IMG/VR virus record: IMGVR_UViG_3300046167_000369
Span: 1-57,312 of that record
From: a virus
Lineage: Duplodnaviria > Caudoviricetes
DNA length: 57,312 nt
Direction: 5' to 3' (one strand)
In this document: positions 41,301-53,334 of the stretch, piece after piece
Numbering within the stretch: the first letter of the stretch is position 1
Layout of the letters: each line of letters starts with the position of its first letter
Program-made: the position numbers and the translations under genes
Notes under the pieces: model-generated
What the model was told of the DNA's origin: nothing
The model's database searches: none
The model's input: the letters and a program-made list of their open reading frames with translations, nothing else

Positions 41301-42934
41301 GTCTGCGTATTGAACCGCAGGGAATCTAAATGTAACCTCATCTGAACCTACTGTAGACTCTAATATAATTGCTTGCTGTATTGCAGTTATACCACTCTGG
41401 TAAATAAAGTATGTATTGTCTAAGTCATCTTTGAATAACTGATTAAATAAATCTGTCATTGTCGTCCCCTGGTCTCTAGTAGCTATAGGCTCAATATTAC
41501 CTCCAGGTAGTGAAGTACCCTACCTGAGCAGTGGTGATTGCACTCTGCGCCCAGTCATAAACACTAGAGTAATCTTCAACAAGGTTGAATGTATACTGAA
41601 GACTAAATCCATCATTGGTTTCAGTTGGAGTAGGCAGATCCCTGAAAAACTATTATGATTAAACTCAACAATAATTGTTATTGATGAACCCTCAACCAAA
41701 TTAAATCCTGAGAAGTCATACTGTGCTGCTGAACCTGCTATAGTTTGCGCACCACCTATAAGGTAGTCCGGTAGACACATTTGTTGAATCCACAGAGTCT
41801 ACCTCAAATGACTCCTCTAATCCACTAGCAACAAAATCAAACCTAACAGGGCTATTGTTCTTGTCAATCAAGTCATATCCCTCTACATAGTTTCCGTACA
41901 TAAGCCTGTTGCCTATTGTAGTCTGAGCCTTTGATAGTAATGGAACGTTGTCATACAGCCTAAGTATCTCAGCCTCAGGTAGTATGGTAAATATCTTACT
42001 GTTTGTAAATGTATATGTTACGTCTTGATAGTCTGCGTATCCCTGCTTAGTCTTGTTAAGCTTCTCAATTATTTTTATTACAGGGCTGTTAGCCTCTTTA
42101 AATAATAAGTCAATACCAACAACCAATGGTCCACCCGTGTTGAATGTAACCAACGCTGTATCGTATATGTTCTCGACACCTTCGTTCAAGTAGCTTTCAG
42201 GTGAATATAAAAAAGCATCAGGCGTGAATGCAGGGTCAGTAAACTGTGATGTAGCTGAGTACTGCTCGTCCTCGTATCGGTATCTATAACCGAAAGCAAA
42301 TAAACCTCTCGTCTAAGAACGTCTCCTCGGTGCTTGTCTTTTGCATCTCAAGTCCCGGTGCAGCCAATGGTGGTTGCTTAATTACAAGTATGTCCTTATA
42401 ATCAAAACCATCAATACCACTAACGTTAGGGTTAGGGTAATTCTTTTTTACGTTAATTCTTCTCGGTGGGTTGTAGTCATCTGTAAAGAACAACAAGTCC
42501 TCAACCTTGTTTACGCCTGTAAATAAATACTGCTCGTTGAAGTTTAGCGTGGTATTCACACCTCCTCCATCATCCTTACTAATAACGTGATACGTTACTG
42601 TACTGCTGTTGGTGTTAAAAGAAACTATAAGGTCTAACTTCCCAGTGTTACTGTCAATAAAGTTTGGGTCGTGAATCATCCAATAGATAGTCTCTAATGC
42701 CCCGTCTTCAAATGCACCTATACACTTTGCGTCAGGAGATATCTTTGTGCCGTCTACCCCTATAGCAGTGAGAACCTCATTACCCTTTGAGTTTTCAATA
42801 ACACCTATATCTGCTCCCTCGGTAGAACCCATACGAACATTCAATGCGTCAACGTACTGACCATCAGGGATCAGTCGTTCATCGACCATCTTGTTCATCT
42901 TACCTTGGGTAAAATTCCTTGTTAAATTTGCCAT
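38356..42934 (-). CDS. Large tail stabilisation / nozzle-like protein, several frameshifts
   Basis: Fragments 42284..42934, 41716..42189, 41520..41780, 41238..41459 and 38356..40932 are colinear; starts MANLTRNFTQGKMNKMVDERL. Confidence 0.7.
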
Positions 42935-42935
42935 A

Positions 42936-43859
42936 CTACTTCAACCACTTATCTCTACCCCTTAAGTTCTGTAATAATCTTCCGGGATGTATGTTACTAA
43001 TTCTGATTTTTGCATTTCTAAGAAGTGCTGCCTTGCGCTTTCTTGCTCTCGCTATGATATACTCCTGTACACCAAGCTTTGAGTTTAGTATTGCAAACTC
43101 GATGTATGCGTAAACAAACTCTTCAAACATTTTGTTTACAGTAACTAAGCTATCATCTCCATTCTCCATTCCGTCTGATACGTACTCAAGAACACATAAC
43201 TCACCTGCCATACCTGAACTGAAGTTTATAACTCCTCCCTTTGGATTAATCTTAAACGTAGGGTTAGCATTCGCTGTCTCCGTATTTAAACCATATCTCG
43301 CTCCTATACCATACTCAAAGTACCAAGCACCATCAATACACCACCCTGGTCTACCGTAGTACTCAGAGTTTTGGTTTAGGTATATGGTCTGCTTCTGTCC
43401 CTTTATTCTTTCAAAATCAATCTGTGAGAACTCAGGCTTAAGCGCATTACCATCCTCATCAAATAGTATTCTGCAATCATTATCCTGTAGGTATGCCGAA
43501 GACCAATTCGTCTGTATGTTCTCAGTAAGTGGCATAAGTAAGCCATCTCTATATATGGATATCCTTACCCAATTAACGTAGTCAGAAGGTAGAACGTATC
43601 TTAGCGTGTCACACACACTAAGTTCCAATATCTTTATTTCCTTGAATGCATCGTAGTTCAACTCCTGAATCGCTCTCTTTGCGTGGAATAAAACTTTATA
43701 TCTCTCCTCGTTGTTTACAAGACTGTGGTTTCCTGTATACATAAGCATATAGTTGTTCACTATATCCTCAAGAGAAACATACTGGTATGAACCCCAATTC
43801 TTATCTTCAGGCTGTAAGCCTCCGTTTTCGTAGTATTGATATTGTGTTATATAACTCAT
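42936..43859 (-). CDS. Head-tail connector / ring-like structural protein
   Basis: Position in the arm; LPSDYVNWVRIS motif. Confidence 0.6.
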   Translation of the reverse strand: MSYITQYQYYENGGLQPEDKNWGSYQYVSLEDIVNNYMLMYTGNHSLVNNEERYKVLFHAKRAIQELNYDAFKEIKILELSVCDTLRYVLPSDYVNWVRISIYRDGLLMPLTENIQTNWSSAYLQDNDCRILFDEDGNALKPEFSQIDFERIKGQKQTIYLNQNSEYYGRPGWCIDGAWYFEYGIGARYGLNTETANANPTFKINPKGGVINFSSGMAGELCVLEYVSDGMENGDDSLVTVNKMFEEFVYAYIEFAILNSKLGVQEYIIARARKRKAALLRNAKIRISNIHPGRLLQNLRGRDKWLK

Positions 43860-43861
43860 AA

Positions 43862-44812
43862 TTATTTCTCTTCTTGTGTATTAACTTGATCCTGTGCCTG
43901 TCCGAACTGAACTGCTGCAACCTCTCTTATTGACATACCTGCATACTGAAGTATCTTTGATATCAAGTTTACCTCGTCATCGTTAGGTAACTCAAAGTCC
44001 TGATAGTCAGGTTGAGATGGATCGAATACAGGTTCTCCATTGGTAAGTGTTACAAACGTCCACTTAGGAACAAATGGGAATCTAATATACTGAGATATTA
44101 ATTGACCAATACCAACGACTGTATTTGGATATGCCTGTGCCACCAACGCCTCCATTGTGTATGCAGGGTATGTGAGGTTAGGCTTTGTGAGTATAGAGTT
44201 GTTTAGCATAGTTATCTTGCTATTAGAAACCTTCTCTGCTTCCTTAATGTTATCTCCTTTGTATACGTAGTAGTCTAACGGCTGAACTGTAATAGTATTC
44301 GTATTAACAACCAACTCAGTTGCAGATACACTAAGAACATTAAAGTTCTTTGTTATACCACCTATAACAATACCAACAACATCACCAACGTTTACACCAA
44401 GTGCAACAAAGTCTTTAGTGGAATCAACTATGGTATTCGTACCACTTAAACCATCTGTAGTTCCGTTTGTTATTTTTTCGTTGTGAATTAGTATCTTGTT
44501 TATTAAGTAGTAATCATTCGATGTAGTAGTCAATGAAGGTAAGAAGTACTCATTCCCTGCTGAGTTTAACAACGGAAGTGTTACAGAGAAAGTATCAATA
44601 ACCTCCTCTAATCCCTTTGTAATATCAGCATACCCAGTACCTGAACTACGTCCATTCTCTTTATTTATCTGATAATTGTAAGAATAAAAATAATCTTCAA
44701 ACAAATCTAACTGAGCCTGCTTGGCGAATAAGTTAAAATCTGATGGGGATATATACCCGTAATTATTCTTATTCAGAATTGACATCACTGTTTGCCTAAC
44801 TGAATTTATCAT
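43862..44812 (-). CDS. Head-tail connector / ring-like structural protein
   Basis: ILNKNNYGYISPSDFNLFAKQAQ; YIRFP..PKW; position in the arm. Confidence 0.6.
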   Translation of the reverse strand: MINSVRQTVMSILNKNNYGYISPSDFNLFAKQAQLDLFEDYFYSYNYQINKENGRSSGTGYADITKGLEEVIDTFSVTLPLLNSAGNEYFLPSLTTTSNDYYLINKILIHNEKITNGTTDGLSGTNTIVDSTKDFVALGVNVGDVVGIVIGGITKNFNVLSVSATELVVNTNTITVQPLDYYVYKGDNIKEAEKVSNSKITMLNNSILTKPNLTYPAYTMEALVAQAYPNTVVGIGQLISQYIRFPFVPKWTFVTLTNGEPVFDPSQPDYQDFELPNDDEVNLISKILQYAGMSIREVAAVQFGQAQDQVNTQEEK

Positions 44813-44828
44813 CTGTAATCCTTTTCTA

Positions 44829-44836
44829 CAAAGATA
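44829..44836 (-). promoter_or_regulatory. -7 promoter box TATCTTTG for the tail operon
   Basis: Directly after the terminator, 16 nt before the ATG. Confidence 0.65.
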
Positions 44837-44839
44837 ATG

Positions 44840-44872
44840 AAAAAAAAAGACCCCTTCATTTCTGAAGAGGTC
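44840..44872 (-). terminator. Intrinsic terminator
   Basis: GACCTCTTCA-GAAA-TGAAGGGGTC followed by T9. Confidence 0.85.
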
Positions 44873-44894
44873 CCCTAATTAAACTATATGTTAC

Positions 44895-45647
44895 TTAATC
44901 TAGCAATGTTTCTAAATGTTTCAAGGCATCAAGACCGTCATCACTCTTTAGGTAAGAAGCGACTAAGTCAATTGCCTCAGCACCAAATGGTACATTCAAC
45001 ATCTTTGTCTTATTACTTGGTGTGTTATACCAAACTTCCTTTCCACTTTTTCTTAGCTTTAGTATTTCTTGGTCAAATAGTCTTTGAACAATTCCTAAGT
45101 GCTTTAACTCAGGGTCATTTACAACTTCCAAGAAGTCAGAAGGATTGTTACGAGCAAATACTAAAACATCTCTCTTCAACTCCGCAGTTGAGACTCTTGA
45201 TGTATCAGTACCAAACAAAACTCTACATACGTTCTCTAACTGCTCTAGTGAAAGACTCTTAGCCTCAACCATTGCATCTGCCTCTATCATTAAGTCTTGA
45301 ACCTGTTCCTCAGCATCTTTAGCTTGGTCTACTTCAACAAACTTAGTACCATTCAATGGATGGTAGCTAAGAAACTCTTGAAGGATAGGGTTCTCCTTTG
45401 GTACGTGTAGGAATCCATCTTCAAAAACAACAGGCTCTAGTATAGCGTTGTTGTCTTGTTCATCTACAAAGCAAGACTTTTGGTTTCTCGCATAGCGAAG
45501 TTCTCTATTGACTCCTGTCTTGTCATCAAAGTGTAGTAAGGAAAATCTTTTTGAATGTCTTACGGGTAGCATAAAAGAAAGTGGTGCTACTCCTGCTGTT
45601 AGTTTATAGCTTCTAGCTACAAACTTGTTTTGTGTTTTACTTTTCAT
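44895..45647 (-). CDS. Hypothetical capsid-operon protein, 250 aa
   Basis: Intact ORF directly after the major capsid gene. Confidence 0.75.
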   Translation of the reverse strand: MKSKTQNKFVARSYKLTAGVAPLSFMLPVRHSKRFSLLHFDDKTGVNRELRYARNQKSCFVDEQDNNAILEPVVFEDGFLHVPKENPILQEFLSYHPLNGTKFVEVDQAKDAEEQVQDLMIEADAMVEAKSLSLEQLENVCRVLFGTDTSRVSTAELKRDVLVFARNNPSDFLEVVNDPELKHLGIVQRLFDQEILKLRKSGKEVWYNTPSNKTKMLNVPFGAEAIDLVASYLKSDDGLDALKHLETLLD

Positions 45648-45671
45648 TGTATTAAAATTTAATTAGAATTT

Positions 45672-45704
45672 AAAAAAAAGGAGGAGTGCATTGCACACCC
45701 CTCC
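45672..45704 (-). terminator. Intrinsic terminator after the major capsid gene
   Basis: GGAGGGGTGT-GCAAT-GCACTCCTCC followed by T8. Confidence 0.85.
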
Positions 45705-45717
45705 AGTATTAGTCATC

Positions 45718-47142
45718 CTATGCTTCGAATAGGAAGAAGTTGTTTGCACCTAAAGTACATACTGCTCTTTCAGATAGGAAGTGAACCTCCATAGCATCTA
45801 AGCTTGAAGTCTCTGCTCCACCTGCTGAACCTGTAATCCAAGACTTGTATCGTCTGTCTTCAGTTTCAGAAGCACGGTAACGTACGTGCAAGAATGGTCG
45901 CTTAGCGTTTTTACCAAGAATTTGGTCGTACACTGAAGTCGATCCTGCAGGAACTAAAAGTCCGCTTACCTTACCTGATGTTAAACCACCACGCATTGTT
46001 GGATCGTTCAAGTATTTCCAATCAGACTTGTAGAAGTCATATCCTCTACGGAATCCTGTGAATCCTAAGTTCAAAGCCATATCTTTCTCATTGTCAAAAA
46101 GACCGTAAGAAGTACCATCAGTACCATAAGAATTCTGAGCAGCTAACATATCATCAATGTCGAAAGAGAAATCTCGGTCAACAAATACTACGTTCTCCTC
46201 AATTGCTCCTTGCTTATCAAGTCGTGAAATAACTGTGTCCCACTCAACTAAAGTAGTTGGGTTAGCACCTGCCCAAACGTTTCCTCGGTTACCAACAGTG
46301 TAGAAGATACCTTCTGAACCTTTGTTACCAACGTCACCACCTGCAGCCGCTGCACCTGAACCTGCTTCAGCAGGAACTGCTTCAATCATTGCTGTTTCTA
46401 AGTAGTCATCAAAACGGAGACGAGTCTCGTGTTCAGACTTCAAATACCAAAGGTATCCGTTTGCTCCATTTTCAGTAGTTACTTCAACCCATCCGATTTG
46501 AGCCATATCAGAACCTGATACTGCATACTTATCTTTGATGATGATTGGAGAGTTCTCGAAGATGAAATCATCAGACTCCAAAGAGTTTTCCATTCCTGCT
46601 GTTCCTTTCTTGAACTCAGAACCGTAAACGAAAAGATCAAACAAATTTGCTGAAGTGTGTGTTGCCGCACCACCTGCGTTGTAGAAAGCAACAGTTGCAG
46701 TAGGAGCAGTAGCGTCATAATCAACAGCAGTAATAATTGCTTTGTAATCAGCTGTTCCATTAGACTGAGAAAGCATAATAGTTTGCCCAACTCGCAAAGC
46801 GATGCTGTTGTTTGCAGTGAACGCAGGGTTACCCTGTGCTACTGGTATAGCAAACGTAGCAGTGTCATCTCCAGAAGCTGTTGTTGTTGTACATCCTGTA
46901 TATTTAGTATGTAAACGTCCTTGTTCTGCCCATTTGATAAGGTCAGAGTTAGATGGCATTTCTGCACCAACCATTCGCAAGAATGATGAAATTGTTCGGT
47001 TACCGTAACGCTCGAATTCTTTCTCATAAGTATCAGGAAGATACTGGTTCAAGAAATCGAAGTTAGTAATGTAATTAGACTTCATTGGCACACGTTGTGC
47101 GCTAGGTTGTAAGTCAAAACCTGGTGTACTTTGTACTGACAT
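45718..47142 (-). CDS. Major capsid protein
   Basis: 474 aa, follows the scaffold-like gene, followed by a strong terminator. Confidence 0.85.
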   Translation of the reverse strand: MSVQSTPGFDLQPSAQRVPMKSNYITNFDFLNQYLPDTYEKEFERYGNRTISSFLRMVGAEMPSNSDLIKWAEQGRLHTKYTGCTTTTASGDDTATFAIPVAQGNPAFTANNSIALRVGQTIMLSQSNGTADYKAIITAVDYDATAPTATVAFYNAGGAATHTSANLFDLFVYGSEFKKGTAGMENSLESDDFIFENSPIIIKDKYAVSGSDMAQIGWVEVTTENGANGYLWYLKSEHETRLRFDDYLETAMIEAVPAEAGSGAAAAGGDVGNKGSEGIFYTVGNRGNVWAGANPTTLVEWDTVISRLDKQGAIEENVVFVDRDFSFDIDDMLAAQNSYGTDGTSYGLFDNEKDMALNLGFTGFRRGYDFYKSDWKYLNDPTMRGGLTSGKVSGLLVPAGSTSVYDQILGKNAKRPFLHVRYRASETEDRRYKSWITGSAGGAETSSLDAMEVHFLSERAVCTLGANNFFLFEA

Positions 47143-47160
47143 TTTTTTTGTTTTTTAAAA

Positions 47161-48282
47161 TTATTTTTTTCTACTTCTTATCTTTAAGCCACGACCTGAG
47201 TCATTACTCAAAGATTTAATTTGAACACCTGAAGTTGTACTTGATACCTCTGGAGCATTACGAGTAGTCATATTAATATTTTTTAACTTCTTCATTTGCT
47301 CATCGGCAGCAGACGATTTACCTTGCTCGTAAAAGAACTTGGCAAACTTCTCAGGGTTCATTGCCATTGCTAGTGACCTGTGGTAACCTTCAGCATCCTT
47401 CATCATCCCATCTTCATCCAAGAATTTTGAAACAAAATTGTTGGGGTCTAATTGACTCTTCTTGATCTCTTCAGCATCACCCGGTGAAAATACGATTTTG
47501 TTGTCGTCAATATTGAACTCAAAACCTTTGAACTCATTGAATACACTATTCGTCTTTTCCATAAACACCTCACTCTTACGAGCGTTTTGTTCTTGAATGG
47601 TCTTAGCGTTAGCTATATACTGCTTATATTCCTCGTCTTCTTTTAATTCATCTTCAGAAACTGAATCCCTTCTCGACTCAAGAGGGACTTTGTATTTTTC
47701 CTGTTGCTGAACAAAATATTCCTTGGCTTTTGCAATAGTCTTTTTCTTTGCTAGTTTAATCTTTCTGATATCTTTTTCGTCATCAAGGTCTTCATCGTAT
47801 GAATAATCCTCCATCAAGTCCTCGATGTCTTCGGCATCTAAGCCTTTCTCAGTAGCAGTAAGATATTCTCTTAGCAGTTTATCAGTGTCCATTTCATCGT
47901 AATTCTTTTGCAGCTTTGCAAAGTCATCGAATCCACGACCTGTTTCTTTTTTGTACTGTAGATACTTAGAGACATCCTCAGGTAGAGGTTCTTGCTCTTC
48001 CCTTACTTGATTCAATTCATCAAGCGATGTAATCTCTCTTCCGTATCTATTACCAATAAATTTAAGAACGTCTTCCTCACTTAACTCTGGGGACGGAGCA
48101 TCAACAGATTCCTCTTGCTGATTTATTTCTATGTTATCAGATAAATCCACAGTCTCGTTAGACTCTGTATCCTCTGAAGTTGTTCCTTCAAATTCCTCTT
48201 TGTGCTTGTCAAGTAGTTCTTGCTCAACCTGTTGAACTGACTTTTCCTCAACGCCACTTACTTCTTTTACCTTGAATTCCAT
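47161..48282 (-). CDS. Capsid scaffolding protein
   Basis: Very acidic helical protein between portal and capsid genes. Confidence 0.7.
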   Translation of the reverse strand: MEFKVKEVSGVEEKSVQQVEQELLDKHKEEFEGTTSEDTESNETVDLSDNIEINQQEESVDAPSPELSEEDVLKFIGNRYGREITSLDELNQVREEQEPLPEDVSKYLQYKKETGRGFDDFAKLQKNYDEMDTDKLLREYLTATEKGLDAEDIEDLMEDYSYDEDLDDEKDIRKIKLAKKKTIAKAKEYFVQQQEKYKVPLESRRDSVSEDELKEDEEYKQYIANAKTIQEQNARKSEVFMEKTNSVFNEFKGFEFNIDDNKIVFSPGDAEEIKKSQLDPNNFVSKFLDEDGMMKDAEGYHRSLAMAMNPEKFAKFFYEQGKSSAADEQMKKLKNINMTTRNAPEVSSTTSGVQIKSLSNDSGRGLKIRSRKK

Positions 48283-48303
48283 ATGTATTTAATTTAATTT
48301 TTA

Positions 48304-48311
48304 CAAAGTTA
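48304..48311 (-). promoter_or_regulatory. -7 promoter box TAACTTTG for scaffold-capsid
   Basis: Intergenic TAnnTTTG. Confidence 0.65.
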
Positions 48312-48338
48312 AACAAAAAATATTACTGTTTTCGACCA

Positions 48339-50776
48339 CTATCTAGGGTTGAACTCAGCTAAATCAAAGCCATCCAAGCTATCTTCATTTGATTCAAATG
48401 ATATAGGTGGTAGGTTGTTCTTACGCTGCGTAATCATTTTAGACTGCTCAGTGTTAGCCTGACTTATTCTATCTGACTTTGCTTTTTCTCTTTGGTCTTC
48501 TCTGCTTTGTAGTGCCTTGAGCATCCATCGCTCTCAACTGAACATTCAAGTCAAACTCTTGCTGCATCAACCTAGACTTCAAGTCTGCCTCAGCCTTCAT
48601 CTTCTCAATCTCGAACGCTATATCAGCCTGCTTAAACTGCATCTTAGCCTGTGTCTCCATCTGAAGCTTCTGCTGTGCAACCTGTGCCGCCATCTGCTGA
48701 GACTGAATCTGTTGTTGAGATTGCATTGCCTGCTGTTGCATAGCCATCTTCTCTTCTCTGTCCTGCTTAGAAACTCTCTTAAGCTTTAGCAATTGGTTAG
48801 CAAGCTTCATATTCTTCAACTCTCGAATATCAATTGCATCCTCAAGGTTTATGTCACCCTTGGATAAAGCCATCTGAATATTCTGCTCAAGCATCTGTCT
48901 CTGCTCCTCATCTGGTGACAACTCTATAAATATACCAAAGTCATAGATGTATAGGTCATTGATGTCGTTAAGTATAGATACGTTGTACTTTCCAATTTGG
49001 TTTATAAACTCATCCTTGAAATCAGCGTACTGTAATATATCAGCTATTCTATATGTCATAGCCTCAGCCAAACTCTTATATATATAAAGACTACCATCAA
49101 GTATATGTCTTGTAGCTACGTTTGAGTTTAGTGCTGCCATCTTCTGTAGACCAACTAAGCCATTAGGATCTGGCATACTACCATCTCTCGCCTCGTTCAG
49201 ACCAGTTACAGTTCTGATTTGGTTTAAGTAGTGGTTGTAGTTAGCCAATAACATCTGTGTCTTGCTTGATCCTGAAGAAGACTGTAGTTCTTGAATAGGA
49301 ACTCTACCTTGGTTGTAGTCACCCTCCTGGGTATAGCTTCGACCAATTACGGAACCAGTTTGGAAGTAAAGTCTCAAAGCATCCTCAGGGTTGTATGCAT
49401 TACCCGTACCGAGGTCTACCTCGTTAAGTCCATCGGCATCAATGAATACACCATCCGGTACAACACGTGCAATAACTTGCTGCAACTTGAGGTGTGTAAT
49501 CTGTATAAGGTCTGCGAATGGAATCATTCTTCTTAGCTGTGATTCAATCACACCCTTGTACATTCTTGGTGCTACAGCTACGTAGTTAGGTATAGCGTGC
49601 TGAGTAGCAGACTGTGGTCTAACCATATTCTCCATCAAGTCCCACTTGAGGATTATGTTAGTACCCATAACCATAACTCCCTCATACCATACATCAATAG
49701 TCTTAGATACCTTTTCGAAGTTTCCTTCTTCCTGCATCTCAGCAGGTGGGTTAAACGTATCGTCCTTCTCAATCATACTGACGTTACCATTGTCCTTAAC
49801 CTTTCTTTTATATACTACCTTCTTAGTAGTCTTATAGTTAAAGTACATTAGTGTTGCTGTATCCTTGTAGAAGATATCATTCTGATAGTACTGAGCAGTA
49901 TTGTAATAGTCATACCAACTCTGAGAGTATTGTGATATCTCTTCTAAATCTTCATTAGTTAGTGAAGTGTCAATCTTTACGAGTTCAGTAATAGGAACAG
50001 TCTTTATCTCTCCCCAGTAGAAACAATCCTTAAAGTGTGGGTCCTCAGTGTAGCTATGAACAACGTTTGCAGGATCGACATAATTAATCTTTACTCCATC
50101 ACCCGCTTGGAATTCGTGCTTTGCAACTGACATACCCAAGACCGTTAAGTCATAGTCTATCTGCTTACGTATATCGTCATACTTGTTGCTTTCGAAAAGA
50201 GTACTTATAGCTTCCTCTTCAGCAATCTCTATTGCAGGCTTATAGTTAAGCTGCATATAAAGTTTCAACTCCTCATCACTATTAGGTAGTTCGTCAGGAC
50301 TTACTGTAAAAGGATTTACTCCGGTCTTCTGCTGTATAGTCTCAAGCATTGGCTTTGCCAACATCTGACCCTCAACCATTTGCTGATACTTACTTCTCTT
50401 AGATTGAGACATAGCATCCTGAGCATAAGCCTTAGGCTCAAACTCACGGTCTTGCATACCGTTTACAATAATGTCTACGAACTTAGGTAGTATAGGAACA
50501 ATAGACCAATCTAGGTTTAAGTAAGATAAGTCACCATCTACTGCCAATTCATTTTTATATTTACCTGTAGGCTGCTCTCCTCTTGCATATAATCTTAGCC
50601 TGTTGAATTCACCCCAACGATTATAATACCTACAACTACTTCCGTCTCTTCTGAACCACTCGTATTGAATAGCTTGACCTATCTGCTAGTCCAAATTCAT
50701 CAGTAGACTTTTCAGAATCAGATACAAATTGACTTGGAAACCCTGCGGATGATATATTTATCTTTACGTCTTTCAT
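48339..50776 (-). CDS. Portal protein, two frameshifts
   Basis: MKDVKINISSAGFPSQF at 50776 (ATGA overlap with terL); indels near 50686 and 48515; Q-rich C-terminal helical barrel. Confidence 0.82.
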
Positions 50777-53003
50777 CTAATAATTTCGCTATATTTTCCT
50801 TTATTACTATACCTTGCAAAGTTAATCTTTATTTTTGAAACTTTTTTCTCATTCTGATAAAGATGCCTTTGCGTTGCCATAATTGCTAATCCAGAACTAA
50901 TAGAGGCATCGTACTTTGTTCTGTTTGATATATCAAACTTAGCCCAATCCTCTAACGTCCTAACAAAAGGCATATCTCCCATATCACCATTCTCCAACAA
51001 TCCTATATTGGATTCTATATGTGACTCTATTGCAGAAGCGTGAGCCTGCTTAACAGCTTCACTAGAGTTTGGTATTCCACCCAACTCCTTCTCCGTCTTA
51101 GATAACTTTGTGTAATGTTTGTCTGGTCTGTTCATACAGAACTTCCTGTACCCCCTGTTCTTGAAGTGGTATAACAACCTCGGCTTGTTGTTCTCTATAA
51201 GTATTGGCATACCATAAAATACACAAGCCATAAGTACATCCTCAAAAAACAACTCAGCAGTCTGAGGTCTTGCAATGTACTCCAAGAAAAACTGATCGCT
51301 TGGTGCTTCCTTCATAGTAAACATAGTCTTACCGTGTAGCGCACCATTCGAACCTCCTCCACCAACAACACCTGATATGTCATAGCTATCACAGCCAAAT
51401 GCCCCTATGTCATCGTTCCCAGGATGCTTAAGACCGTTCTTTGTTATAACCCTATTCTGAAGTTGCTTGTTTGGTGTCCACGAAACGTAGAACCTTCCCT
51501 TGTTGTTTGGTGAGAATATTACCTCAGTGTCCTTGATTCCATTCTTCCAACTTAGTGATCCACGAGTTACGTGGTGGTCCATTATCAATGAGTCGTTGTA
51601 GTCAACCTGCTGATATATCTTTGTAAGATTGAATATAGATTCCTTACTCTCATCCCTAAATGCGTGTGATTCAGTCCTAGGGAACTGTCTATAAAATTCA
51701 TTGAGTGCGTCAGAGTCATTCTTTAAAGACTCGACCTCTCCTTCCCAGTAGTCAATAGCACCTTGGTGTATCATCTCCCCGTCTATTCCAAGTACAGGCT
51801 TCTCAGGAGTTCTGAATACAGGCATACCATACCTGTCAATGAAACCTTCCATATTCCACTCCATAGGAATGAATAGGTTGTATAGACCACTCTTGGTCTG
51901 ACCGTTGCTGTTTCTCTTTGTTACGTCCGAGTCGTAGTACAACTTCTTAAAGTTACCACCACCCTTCTCAAGTGCGTTGGATGTAGAACCCATCATACAC
52001 TTACCGATAATCTTACTACCCAATCTTAGACAGGTCTTAGTAACCCTCCAGTTGTTAAGTATATTATTTGGCTTTATCCACTTACCGCTTTCATCGTGTA
52101 CTAAAAGTAATAACTTCTCACCATCATACGAGTTGTCATCTGTGTTCTTCCAATCTATAGTAGTATCCAAACCGAACAACTCTTCGTTTGTAGTGTCGTA
52201 CATATTCTTCTTGGTAATCTTTGCAGCAGGTATCCTAAACGCAAGTTCAGTCTTAGGCTTTGTCCATACCATCCATAATAGGCTTGAAGAAAAATGGTAG
52301 CCTACTATTTATTGGAACAACCTTATCGGTAAACATCTTCTTTGCATCGGAACCTGTCTTTGACAGTATGCCAACCCTAGCATCCTTAGCTAGACGTACC
52401 TGTGTTAACACACTCAGATGAACTCATAAAGGAGAAACCCGAACGTCTTATCTTTAGGTAGTCCTGACCAAAGCTTCTCTTATCTGCCTTGCAAGCCTCC
52501 CAATGTATATATAGAAGTCTATTCGCCTCCCTGAAGTCAGGGTATCCAACGTCAATTGATGTCCACTGAAGATACATATAGTGTGACCCAGTTATGTATG
52601 TTGGTATACCATTAGACATAAACCAAACACCAGACTCTCTCTTGTCAAACTCTGATTCAATATAGTCAACCCATCTATCCTTAAACTCTGATGGTTTCTC
52701 GTTCCACTGAAAGATAGACTGTATCTTACTTAACTCTTTAGGTATTTCATTTCTCTCCCAGTACTGCTCTTCCTCCTTATTGCTTCTCTTAATGCATTCC
52801 TTCGGCTCTAAGGGCAAGGCAATCGGCAGTCCCTTGATCTCTATAATATCACCTATCTGACCTGTCTTAGATATAACAATTATATCATACTTAGAATTAT
52901 ACCCGTATTGCCACGTTTTAGCCTTGTTCTTAGACTTTAACACACCCTTTGGTACTACACCCTCAAGGACTCTGTATAACTCACTTAGACCGTCTTTCTG
53001 CAA
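50773..53003 (-). CDS. terL: Terminase large subunit, two frameshifts
   Basis: LKIRRSGFS (Walker A), LLVHDESGKW (Walker B), FGCDSYD (nuclease); extra bases near 52394 and 52260; start uncertain. Confidence 0.88.
50817..50824 (-). promoter_or_regulatory. -7 promoter box TAACTTTG upstream of portal
   Basis: Inside the 3' end of terL, 40 nt before the portal ATG. Confidence 0.45.
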
Positions 53004-53262
53004 AACCTTGTTTTGTATTAGTTTTATTTGTTCCCTTCTCTAATGATTCAATCGCCTCCTTCTCTGCTTCTATCCTGTTAAGTATCTCGAAGGCATCAAA
53101 GATTGCAAGCTTCTTAGTAGCTGCTGCATTCTTTAATCTATCCGCAGATATGTCATCCTCAGGGTCGTGCTTAATAATATCCTCCTTAGCTACCTTTATC
53201 AGTTGCTCCACTGCTCTCTCCCCGGCTTCGATTATTCTTAACTTTATCTCTTTTGATTTCAT
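52981..53262 (-). CDS. Probable terminase small subunit
   Basis: 93-aa helical protein directly upstream of terL; call is positional only. Confidence 0.5.
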   Translation of the reverse strand: MKSKEIKLRIIEAGERAVEQLIKVAKEDIIKHDPEDDISADRLKNAAATKKLAIFDAFEILNRIEAEKEAIESLEKGTNKTNTKQGFAERRSK

Positions 53263-53334
53263 CCTTAATTCTTTTTTGCTTTCTTATTGGAACATCCTGT
53301 TCGTCCCACTCGTCATCCCAATATAAAAATTTAT

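Noticed and set aside
38356-53003. Stop-codon reassignment (as in some crAss-like phages) explaining the fragmented late genes
   Set aside because: The breaks I inspected change reading frame and are not in-frame TAG/TGA; capsid and other late genes are intact in the standard code.
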